Source of the DNA: Antedon mediterranea
Lineage: Eukaryota; Animalia; Echinodermata
Direction of reading: 5' to 3'
Length of the DNA: 64,000 nucleotides
Assembly (NCBI RefSeq): GCF_964355755.1
Contig: NC_092675.1
Coordinates: 1,359,812 to 1,423,811 of the forward strand
The position numbers and the translations under genes were made by a program. Within the stretch, counting starts at the first letter, position 1, and every line of letters starts with the position of its first letter. The notes beneath the pieces were generated by a model. The model saw only the letters and a program-made list of their open reading frames with translations, was not told the origin of the DNA and ran no database searches. Shown here piece by piece: positions 42,301 through 54,800 of the stretch.

Positions 42301-44067
42301 ATTTACAGGATTTGTCATTAAAATCCCGGATACCCTAAATGATACAATTTATAGATAAATATAAACGGCAACAAGTAATAGTAGTAGTAATAATCTTACT
42401 TACTCTGTTCACATATATACCCATCTGAATTTGAGTTTATACTACCATCTGCTGGTGTGTCCATCAAAACCATATCAGTAGTACGAATTCTCATGCCAGC
42501 TGTAATAGCGACATCAGTATCAGGATCATGAGGATTCCACTCAATATTAGAACCAAACTCTTGTCCTATTTCCCACTTCCAGTTTGTATCTACCTCTCTA
42601 TATAATCCCGCCTGACGTGATAATCCGATGGCGTACGTACCTTTTCCATAAACGGTATTAACGTAGTCGAAGACTGTTTTCAATTCATCATTTGTAAGAA
42701 TACTAACAAGATAGCCACCAGAAGACTCACAGTCAGCTTTTGCGTCAGACCACGTCATTGGTTGTTGGTTATTCAACTTCGTCACAGTGTACCGGGACCA
42801 TTTGTATTCAAATTCAGCATTGCCTTTTGGAAGACAATTACATACATCAAAGTTATCGTTCTTGATTATTTATTGAAACGTTTAGTTTAATACATAACAG
42901 TAGGTAACCCTTTTTAATAATTGTTTTAAAAATGCTTTCAAGCACTATTTTGCGTCTTACTATTTTCGCACGTTAAAAAAAAAAGTGTTGATAAGATAAT
43001 TATTCTTAACAAGATAATTAATCACGATATTGATTAGGTTCTTGCACCAGACCACAAACGTGTCTGTTCTCTGTGTATAATTAAGACAATCAAACACAAT
43101 GGTGTACGTCTTTGCGTAACGTTTACGTTGCGCGCGTAGGTTGCGTCGCTAGTGGGAAAACCACGCTTTTGATATACAAGCACAAGGCAAGAGAACACTG
43201 GAAAAACATGGAACATCGCGGGTTGGGGGTATGCGGGGGGGGGGTGAATCAGATCAAGTTTATGGCTGGAAACTGATTTTGGGTTTACAACCCCCTCAAA
43301 CAAGCCCAAAAATAAATAATTGTGGTTGTATGTTTAATAATAATAATAACAGGATTTTTATAGCGCACATACCACTCAAGAGTGCTCAAGGCTGGAATAT
43401 AAAAAGTTCTGTAATAAAAATGAGAGTTGCTTTTTGTTGAAGTGTATTAGTGTTTCAATTTAATTTATTTCCACAATATAATAACATACATACAGGATAA
43501 TAAATGCAATGAAGTAATAATGTGGGGGGAGGGGGAGAGTCATATAAGTCAGAAAGACTTTAAGTTTGACCCACCCCAAGATATAAAATTAAATACGAAT
43601 ATGAAAAAGAAAAAAAATAGACATAAACTAATAATAAATAAAAGAAAACAAAGCTACAATTTCTATTAAACCATATTATCCGATCTTAACAGGTCTTATA
43701 AAATATATATATATTTAACGTTCATCATATCTTGAAAGTAAATAGTTCCTGTATATACTAATTTAAATTTAGAAGTTGTAGATGCATTTTTAATATCTAC
43801 ATGGATTGAATTCCATAATTTAGCTCCTTGATATTTAATAGAGTTCTTGATCAATTTGTAACATTTTTCATATTTGCGCGTTTGATTCAAAATGATCTAG
43901 ATTGCCCTGAACGCCAAACCGGGCCCTTGGCCCCAGCCCATTGTTCCTCGCTTCGCTCGCAAAATACTCAATTATACTAAATACTATAGATAAAAATAAT
44001 AAAATAAACCTCTACTTATCAGGTCCAGAATCCAAGGAAAAAAGACGAAGAATTTCCAGCCAACCAT
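39366..44067 (-). pseudogene. Multi-C-type-lectin/PAN gene copy A (4 CTLD exons, two disabled)
   Basis: Putative leader exon 44067-44016 (MVGWKFFVFFPWILDLI, phase 1, less certain). CTLD exons 42823-42404, 41892-41473 (TAC>TAA at 41663-41665), 41189-40768 (422 nt versus 423 in copy B, frameshift), 40291-39875. PAN-like exon 39607-39366. Confidence 0.75.
43460..43890 (-). mobile_element. 3' fragment of a non-LTR retrotransposon (LINE)
   Basis: IKYQGAKLWNSIHVDIKNASTTSKFK resembles LINE ORF2 C-termini; tail motif TAAGTTTGACCCACCCC recurs near 6375. Confidence 0.6.
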
Positions 44068-44327
44068 TGTGATCGAAGCAATCCAACTTTAGTATAACAA
44101 TAACGGTTATAACAAGACGTTGTATATCAATTCCCACACGTTATCACTGCCATATTAAGTACCGTAATTGACGCTGCAAACGGTAATTCATTATTCGCTA
44201 TGTAGTAAAATATATAATACGCCAGTTATATAGGCATATTTTGAATTAACGGTTGGTTTTATAATGTAGTGTGTCGTGTGAAAGATGTAAAGCCAACATA
44301 TGGAAAAGTAATTAATGTCATACCATG

Positions 44328-44677
44328 GTTATCAACTTTAACTATTCAAACAAAATGCTAAATTTCCAATAATGTTATTATTCTATGCACAGAAAACGTG
44401 TTTTAAATAATTCATGTATGTTTTTTAAATTTCAAATTTAAAAAGGCCTATATATTACATAATAAAACTTTACTTTTAAGAGAATAATAACGCAAACAAT
44501 TTTAATAATGCTATAGTTATCAATTTTAACTATTCAAAAAAGATGCTAAATTTCCAATGATGTAGTTATTCTATGCACAGAAAACGTGTTTTAAATAATT
44601 CGTGTAAGTTTTTAATTAGAAAAGGCCTATATATTACATACTAAAACTTTACTTTTAAGAGAATAATAACGCAAACA
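44328..44677. repeat. About 190-bp imperfect tandem duplication
   Basis: GTTATCAA.TTTAACTATTCAAA...AGAATAATAACGCAAACA occurs twice. Confidence 0.8.
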
Positions 44678-45585
44678 TGATACTAAAATATCAATAAAAA
44701 TATAATATAATAATACAAAAGGAAAAACAACGCTAGATGATGAAACGCGCGCCAGTGGTTGAGAATGAAACCTTTTAGGTTTCAAAACGTTCTGTAAGTT
44801 CGCTTACAATGTTTTTACAAAAAGAAACCTTTGTTATACCAAAAGGGCGTGGTTTAAATAATCTAAATTAAAAATATCATACAATCGCAGTGAAAATATT
44901 AAATACTTGTTAACACACCATGCGATATTATCTCTAGGACAATACATATACAAAAATGCAATCGAGTATCTAAAGTTTTAAAAAGACATTTTTGGAATGA
45001 AGAAATGTGACCCGTTTTGTGCCTGTTCCTTGCGTTAGCCATGCTAAGAAGTCCAGGCTGATCATGCTAGAGTATAGACATTTTTGTTTATTTGTATTTA
45101 GTGGGACTTAATTCTAAAATGGTTAAATACATAACAAGTGCAATATTAAGTATAATGAATACAAAAAACATTATTCAAAGGTCACAAATATATCTAATAT
45201 AATTACAATAAACCCCTTATCATAATCTAACAAATGAGTTAAGGTTTTTCAATCTAAAGATCATCTAATAAAATACTGTGTTATACTCTCTTTCTTTATC
45301 CCTCCAATTACTACCGTAATTGCTTTAAGTTAATGTCGCCATAGAGGTAACATTAGGATAAATCAATATTTCAATTTTAGTTTATAAAAAAGCATAGATA
45401 AATATACTTATGCATGATTTAATTATGCGAATACAATGTAAATAGTATGGAAAAATATTATTGTATCGAAGTTCAGGCAGTTCACATGAAGGGAAAATGC
45501 CGTTTCAAGGGGTACCTATGATGACAAATGTTCACTAGATACCTTTTCCAAACTTCTATTTCATGAAACTATATTAATTCTAATG

Positions 45586-48500
45586 TTATTCATATAAAAG
45601 TCCGACTTTCTTGTTTCTAAAAACAAACTGTTTCAAATAATGCCACTCATTGTACTTATTTACATCCTCTTCAATCTGACATCCTGCAGATGTATCAATA
45701 TGAAACCCTTGACAGTTATCTTTTCTTAAACATTGTAAAGCACATCTCATGTATTCAACTCCAAACTCAGACACTCCAGAGTTTACTCCATGAGGCTCGA
45801 CAAATTGGAAATAAACACTGGTATCTGAAAGACAAATACGGACTCGGAAAATGATATATGTTGGAGTTGATTTTACTTTAGGCGTGATGTGTAGGTTGTG
45901 GCCGGTTTGCTTATAGAAATCCCAAAATAATGTTAAAACGCGCAGAAATTTCATTTAAAAATATATACGCAGACGCATGAAACGTGTTCAATTTTATTTT
46001 GCCTTATTATTGACAATATAGAAATTATCGGATTATAAATTATAAATCGTTTTTTTTTACTTGGTATTTACACCTCAAACTAATCACTTACCCTGCTCAC
46101 AGATATATCCGTCAGAGTTTGAGTTCAAATCAGCGGTCGCATCAATGTCTAGGAGCATCATACCTTTAGTATCAATTCTGGTGCCAGCTATAACTTCTCT
46201 GCTAGTGCTCGGATCTTCCAGATTCCACGCAATCGAAGAATCAAAATCTTGTCCTGTTTCCCATTTCCAGTTTGTATCTTCGTTATCTAATCCCGCCTGA
46301 CGTGATAATCCGATGGCGTATATACCTTCTTTGTAAACGGTATTAACGTAGTCGAGTACTGCAGTAACTTCACCACTGGTAAGAAGACTAGCAAGATATC
46401 CACCAGAAGACTCACATGTAGCTCTTGCATCAGACCACGTCATTATTGTTTCATAACGTAACGTCGTTATAACGTAACGTGACCACTTGTATAATAATTC
46501 AGCATAATCTTTTGAGAAATACAAGAAAGTGCATAAAAACTCATGTCACCTAAATAGAAAAACGTCATTTGTAATATTTATTCTGTGATCTTTGTAAACA
46601 TTTCGTCTGTGAAAACAAAGGCTCTCTCCATTATATGAATTACACAATGTACTCAGAGACCACAACATGACTTTGATAAAAATGCTATAGACCGTTTTAA
46701 TTTACGCTGATAAGTCGATTAATATTCAGTAACAATCTTAATATTTTACTCAGAAAATCTCATAAATCAATTTTTTGTTTAGATATCTTTTTAAATCAAA
46801 TGAATAAATCACACATTTCTAAAGTAGAAAATAGCATATTATTAACAAGATAGTTTTCGTCTTAGTGTTTTTGGATCATCTGTTTTGAGTCAGTCTTGGA
46901 GTGTTTGTGAAGTTGAGGCGAGTACGTGACTATTGCCACACCATTATCTATCATGCGCATCTGCAAACACTTAGACATAAATTACTTACTTTCTTCGCAA
47001 ATGGAGCCCTTGAAGTACATGTTCAAATTCTCGTCTTCATTAACGTCCACCAATTCGACATTATTGGTAAAAATGGCAACACCAGCTCTTTTGCTATTGA
47101 TACTATTGGGATCACCAGGAAGCCATGGAATAATAGAGGAATCGAATTCTTGGTCTGTTTCCCATTTCCAGTTGTTGTCCTTGTTTATTTCTAATCCCGC
47201 CTGACGTGATAATCCGATGGCGTATCCACTTGCTCCGTAGACGGTATTAACGTAGTCAAGTACTGCTGTAACTTCATCATTGTTAAGAAGGGTAACAAGA
47301 TAGCCACCAGAAGACTCACATGTAACCTTTGCGTCAGGCCATGTCGTTACGTGTTGTTCGTTAAACATCGTCACAATGTACCGTGACAGACTATACTGTA
47401 AAGCAGCATCGCCTTTAAAATAACAAAAGTTAAATCACACATCAACATTTGAAGCATTGCTTTTCTTGGTTTGATTTGATCAAACGTGTGGATTTTTTTA
47501 AGCATAAGAACTTAAAAATAACAATATCTTCAAACAGTATTAATGGAGAGGAAAATATTGTGATCTTTAACACAATATGCAGGTTGTTATTACTTAAAAT
47601 ACATAAACAAAAGAGAGTGCAGTGTCCTTAAGATTGCCATTTCTTCTAGGCATTTATATTTTAGGAGGAGGAATAATTTATCTCAACAAACTTACTTTCT
47701 TCACATATATACCCCTCTGAGTATGTGTTCAAAATATCCTCAGCGTCAGTATCTATCAAATAGATTCCAGTAGTATGGATTCTCACACCAGCTGCTATAT
47801 TGTTGTCGCTATTAGGATCATCAGCATGCCACGTAACAGAAGAACCAAACGTTTGTCCTATTTCCCATTTCCAGTTTGTATCTACGTATTTATCTAATCC
47901 CACCTGACGTGATAATCCGATAGCGTATCGACCTTCTCCGTAAACGGTATTAACGTAGTCGAGGACTGCAGTCAGTTCATCATTGGTAAGAAGACTGACA
48001 AGATATCCACCAGAAGACTCACAGTCAGCTTTTGCATCAGACCACGTCATTTCTAGTTGATCCTTTAACATCTTTACAGTGTACCGTGACCACTTGTATT
48101 TCAATTCAGAATCACCTTTGGTAAACAATGAAAATACACATACTTGGATTCTGAACAAATGAGGATTGAGGTAATCATATAAAATGGTTTATATTCAATT
48201 GTTAAGTTTGTAAGGTAACCCAGGGTGTTTAATCATTGCTAATATTTGGATTTTTCTTTCAATATTTTCTATTATTCTGAACAAATGAGGATTGAGGTAA
48301 CAATCATAATATGGTTCATATTCAATTGTTAAGTTTGTAAGCTAACCCAGGGTAGTCTAATCATATTTCTAATATTTGGATTAGAATAAATATCTCTAAA
48401 TAAGTTTTTTAATGTATCGTTGTATATTTTGAATAGATTAATTTGCAATGCACAAACAAAGAATGCTCCATTGCAAGATTATGGTTCTCTCAGCTTTCTA

Positions 48501-49279
48501 GTCCCATTATCGATAATTTTAAAATTTACAGGATTTGTCATTAAAATCCCGGATACCCTAAATGATACAATTTATAGATAAATATAAACGGCAACAAGTA
48601 ATAGTAGTAGTAATAATCTTACTTACTCTGTTCACATATATACCCATCTGAATTTGAGTTTATACTACCATCTGCTGGTGTGTCCATCAAAACCATATCA
48701 GTAGTACGAATTCTCATGCCAGCTGTAATAGCGACATCAGTATCAGGATCATGAGGATTCCACTCAATATTAGAACCAAACTCTTGTCCTATTTCCCACT
48801 TCCAGTTTGTATCTACCTCTCTATATAATCCCGCCTGACGTGATAATCCGATGGCGTACGTACCTTTTCCATAAACGGTATTAACGTAGTCGAAGACTGT
48901 TTTCAATTCATCATTTGTAAGAATACTAACAAGATAGCCACCAGAAGACTCACAGTCAGCTTTTGCGTCAGACCACGTCATTGGTTGTTGGTTATTCAAC
49001 TTCGTCACAGTGTACCGGGACCACTTGTATTCTAATTCAGCATCACCTTTGGAGAACAATGAACATTTGTTTTGGGACAATTCTTCTATAATATTTGAGA
49101 AAAGAGAATTGTCTTTCCAACAATCTGAACACCACGATTTGTTGGAAGACAATGGGAATACATTTTGCGATTTTTAAGTCTATAACCAAGTTTCTTTAAT
49201 TGAAAAGTTATTACTTACTGAATCCAATGATAAACTGCACAGAGAAGAAACATAGGTACTGGATCTTTGAATAAAACAT
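45586..49279 (-). CDS. Putative secreted multi-C-type-lectin/PAN protein, copy B (signal peptide + 4 CTLD + PAN-like; about 659 aa)
   Basis: Exons 49279-49219 (MFYSKIQYLCFFSVQFIIGF), 49046-48627, 48115-47696, 47412-46990, 46508-46092, 45824-45586; all introns phase 1, GT-AG. CTLD motifs TWSDAKADC...GGYLVS, IGLS, WKW, W..DP, GYICE. Last exon CALQCLRKDNCQGF...GCQI is PAN/apple-like. Confidence 0.85.
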
Positions 49280-51830
49280 TGTTGACAGACCCAAAAAGCG
49301 TGCTTTAAATAATAACATACACACTCCTGCTTTACTATTATTGATATAATAGCTACATATATATATGACAAGAATGCAAACCAAGTTGTTACTCCAGCCT
49401 ACCCTGTGGATCTTATTACTTTAAACGTTCCTGTACATATTACTTATAACTTGTTATTTTACTACAATAGCTTCCTCCGTGGTTTATTGATTCAAAATTA
49501 ATATTTCATTTTCGAAATGATAACAAGCAACACGAATCAATTAGTCTATCAATAAACTGTAGAAACGAAAGTAGGATTTTCATTACCAATAAAATATATA
49601 TTGTGCACAAGACTCACAGTCAGCACACAATATAATAATATCTTTGATATATAATAATCGACACTTATCTCCACGCAACGTGCTGTAGATCTGCAACCAA
49701 TTATACTTTACTTTATATTTCTTCCTTTTTTGTTATTGTTTTATTAATATCCAGTCTGAGATTATTACAATATCTACAATTAAATACACAATGTAAGGTA
49801 GAAATCGTCGTTGTAATAGTAACATTATTCAACATTTAATTTATCTAGAATTGTATTGCTATTTTTACTTTTTAAACAAGTATACGTTTTGCTTTTTAAT
49901 TAAGTTTCATTCGATTTTCCATTAATTAATGCCAGCTCATACGCAAGTCTTTTTTTAATGAAAATTTTTTCTTAAGTCCACCTTTACTCTTTTATAAGTA
50001 TTTTTTTTTAATTTTTTTATTTTAACTTTCTCCACTCGCTCATTCAATCCAACCGCCAACAAAGCGTCGATTTTATTTATTTATGGTATGTTATGGTAGA
50101 ATCATTGTTGTTGTTATTTAATAAAATAATTGTTTCAATTCATTCATGACAGTAGTGTTATACAGTACACTTGCTTTGTCAAGATGGGAACTTGTAACAG
50201 TCCTTTGATCTTAGGTCGGGCTGCGACAAATACCAACAGTACTGTAATGTACATATTACACGCGGTGTTTATTAAGGGACGTGGAACTGATCGTGTCGCG
50301 GCCACAGATAAACCCTTTGATCCATTCTGTTGCCTTGGTTATACTTTTTTGTTCAATACTTTTCAAGTTAGTCATCGAAAATTTTAATTATCTCCCACTA
50401 AATGTTTCTCCGTTTTAAACCTTGTGCCATCTTATCGCTTTGTAAGAAAGAAAGAACAAATGGTATAAGTGCTTTTGCTTGCATTTATTACAGTTTAATT
50501 GGCGAATACGGTATTAAAATACGATAGTAAAATAGATCAACAACTTTAAATCCGTAAACAAACCCAATGATTGATATCAATTTCTAAACTGACGTTAAAC
50601 AACTGTATAAATGTAGGTAAGTGAGTCAATAAAAAGGACAAACATAAAACAACAGAGACAAACTACCAGAGTGCATAACCTAAAGAATAACAACATCAAA
50701 AATGTTTAAATAAACGATTACAAATATATTATTTTTTGAAATATTTATCTGCAGACAAGGAAAGTAAAATAGAGCATTTCAAACAATCCGTTTTGTTTAT
50801 CTAAGGTGATTTTACTTTTAACGTCTGAGAGTTGATATCAATGCATTTAAAGGTTTGAAATTTTATAATATCAAAGGTAAATTTTGCTTTGAAAATATAT
50901 ATATTTGCAGTAGTTTATGATAACATACCAGCTATAGCATTATATCTTATTTTAATTGGGGTGTTACCCATAAAAGTGTACAAATGGTGCATAAAAACCA
51001 AATGGAAAATATATTAATGGTATTGTTGTATTGTTTCATTATTTTTTTGTATTGTTGACCATTGATAGAAATTAATAGATATATGATAGGGCCTATACTG
51101 AAACAATTATTCAAACATACTATAAAATAATGCTATTATTCTATGCGCATAAAGCGAAAATACTTTCTTTTTAGTGGGAACATTATGATTGGATTTTGAA
51201 TTATTCTGTTCAAAACATGATTAAAATAACACATAAAAATGGAGCAGTAAAACTAATTGAACCGGGATAACCAACAATGTTTTAAATAATAAACTTATTT
51301 CCAGTTCTTAGTAACAATTATGAGTCATGTGTTTAATTGTAGTTTTGATCATTTTGATCTTCGTACTCGTGTCTCTTATAGGTATTGCTTTTATTTGTAT
51401 TTATGCAGCCTTAATGTTACTAATAATGTTATGTTTTCTATTGACCATCACAAAACAATGATCTATAAGTAAGTATATACAATTACAACCAATGTACTAG
51501 TAGGAGTTCTAGACGGAGTTTTGACTTAATATTAGTAAAAAGATAAATATGTTGGCACATATGGCGTTTCATACGTATACTAGAAAAATAAATAAAAACG
51601 ACAATAAATACAGACTTGGTGCAAGTCTACCAATGTACCTTAAGAGCATAATACACCTAAATGCGATGTTTTATAGTCTGTTTAAAAATATATTGCATTT
51701 ATGATGTCAGAATAAATACATATTACACTATAATATACATCATTTAACAATTAGTCTATATAGTTATAAACTTTTATAAGCGTAAATTCTGGTAAAAATG
51801 TCTGTTTATTGAGACGTGTTTTCTCTGTGG

Positions 51831-54800
51831 TCACAGTACAAACGGGAAAATAGCTGGTTTGTTGTATAACAAACCGACCCTTTTGTTTCTAAAAACAAAC
51901 TGTTTCAAATAACGCCGCTCATTGTACTTATTTACACCCTCTTCAATCTGACATCCTGCAGATGTATCAATGTGAAATCCTTGACAGTTATCTTTTCTTA
52001 AACATTGTAAAGCACATCTCATGTACTCAACTGTCATTTTAACTCCAAACTCAGACACTCCAGAGTTCACTCCACGAGGCTCGGCAGATTGGAAATAAAC
52101 ACTCATATCTGAAAATACAAATGCCGTCTAATTTAAAGCGTAACGTGCATAGGTACGTTAAAATTATTGTCAATTTGAACGTTCATCAAGATAGAAAGCA
52201 CATTCATTTTCAATCTATTGTAAAAGATGAAGTATTTAAAATTTGAATTTAGAAATTATCAGATTAATTCGCAATTGTAATCTGTGAAGGGTTTGTACTA
52301 AATGAAGGCAAACTTTATTTTAAATAGGTTTGCATTTTTTCTGAATTTGAAAGTTAACAAACCGAAATAAATACTGTGTTTGTTTTCAAGAGAGAAAACA
52401 CAATCATTTTCACATTGTTTTAATTTCTCAAAATAATGGAGATTCACTTACCCTGCTCACAGATATATCCGTCAGAGTTTGAGTTCAAATCAGCGGTCGC
52501 ATCAACGTCTAGGAGCATCATACCTTTAGTATCAATTCTAGTGCCAGCTATAACTTCTCTGCTAGTGCCCGGATCTTCCGGATTCCACGCAATCGAAGAA
52601 TCAAAATCTTGTCCTGTTTCCCATTTCCAGTTTGTATCTTCGTTACCTAATCCCACCTGACGTGATAATCCGATGGCGTAGATGCCTTTGTGAACAGAAT
52701 TAACATGCTCGAGTACTGCAGTAACTTCATCATTGGTAAGAAGACTAGCAAGATATCCACCAGAAGACGCACAGTCAGCCTTTGCATCAGACCAGGTCAT
52801 TGTTGTTCCAGAATGTAATGTCGTTAAAATGTACCGTGAACGCTTGTGCAGAAATTCAGCATAACCTTTGGAAATTAAGGTTCATATTGTAAGATCAATT
52901 AATAATCATTGATTAATTACTACAAATAAAGCTCTACTGTAATATTTTAAAACACATTGTGAATAAAAATGGTTCTCATAATTACTTACTTTCTTCGCAA
53001 ATGAAGCCCTTGAAGTACCTGTTCAAATCCTCGTCTGCATCAACGTCCACCAATTTAACACTATTGGTAAAAAGGGCAACACCAGCTCTTTTGGTCTTGA
53101 TGCTATTGGGATCACTAGGAACCCATGGAATAATAGAGGAATTGAAGTGTTGGTCTGTTTCCCATTTCCAGTTTTTGTCATTTTTTATTTCTAATCCCGC
53201 CTGACGAGATAATCCGATGGCGTATCCACTTGCTCCGTAGACGGTATTAACGTAGTCGAGGACTGCTGTAACTTCGTGATCATTAAGAAGGGTAACAAGA
53301 TAGCCACCAGAAGACTCACAGTCAGCTTTTGCATCAGACCAGGTCGTTTCCTTTTGATCGTCTAACATTGTTACAGTGTACCATGACAAACTGTAATATA
53401 ATCCTGGATCACCTAAAATACATATCAAAAAAACATTGTTACCTCTTAATGACAATTCTGTCAATATTCAACTGAAACTGTTTTTAAAACAAAAAAGTCT
53501 TTACGAAGTTATCACAAACCTATAACGACATTAATATACCATATAATCATACAGCTACACTGAAAGTAATCAATAATTTAAAATCAATAAATCCAAAAAA
53601 TAACAGTCCTAATATACAGTTACATAATAATAACGCAAAATATAGTATGACCTGGGAGGTCTCGTACGTTTGAAATTGTTTCCATTTCTGTGTGTCTTAT
53701 TTAAATTGTTACCTTACCCACCTCTTGTAGGCTATAAATTAACATTTAAACTGTAACCTAGAGCTGTTTTTGTTTTGTACGATGTTTATACCTTTAATTT
53801 AATTGTGTAATTTTATAATGTTTTATTAATAAAGATGTTTATTTCGTAGCCATATAAACGTACTCTGTTCACATATGTATCCATCTACGTTTAAAGTATA
53901 CTCTGCATTCCTGTCTCTCAAGAACACAGCATCCTCAGTAAGAATCCTAACGCCAGCTGTTTCGTCGATGTCAACACTAGGCTCACCGGGATACCACTCA
54001 ATATTAGAACCAAACTCTTGTTCTATTTCCCATTTCCAGTTTGTACCTTTGTTACCTAATCCCGCCTGACGTGATAATCCGATGACGTAACTGCCTGCTC
54101 CATAAACGATATGAACATACTCGAGTACTGCATTCAGTTCATCACTGGTAAGAAGACTGACGAGGTAGCCTCCAGAAGACTCACAGTTAGCTTTTGCATC
54201 AGACCAGGTCATTTCTAGTTGATTATTTAACATCTTTACAGTGTACCGTGACCATCTGTATGTTAATTCGCTATCTAAATAAGTACGGTAAATATGTAAA
54301 TGTATAAACAATTAATAATAAATTAGAATTCTGTATATTGCCTTTTTAGTCTGAAGATTGAGGTAGCTGTCAATGTATAATAAATTGATAAAGGCACTGT
54401 GATAACAAGCAGTTTTAAAAATACTACTGTATTTCGCTATGTCATTTTTTAAAAGAATGATATGGTCACTTTAAACTCAAAACCAAACGTTTCTTTTGCC
54501 ATTATCGGTACTACTAAAAAGTGTTAAAAGTAAAATAGTATTTAGAATTGGTCAAATATATGCAGAAATACGATTTTATCTCATAAACAAAACATTATTT
54601 AAAATTGGGGCCTAAAATGCAAAATGTTGTGTGGCTTTCAGACTTTAGAGTTTTTGATGGCGTAATAATAACTTTAATTCACTTACTCAGTTCGCATATA
54701 TAACCGTCTGAGTTCAAACTAGCCTCTGTATCAGTGTCCATCAATACAGAATTAGTAGTATGAATTCTCACGCCAGCTTTACTCGTTACATTAGTGTCGG

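Noticed and set aside
39844-54069. Plus-strand ORFs overlapping lectin exons
   Set aside because: Antisense shadows of the lectin coding exons.
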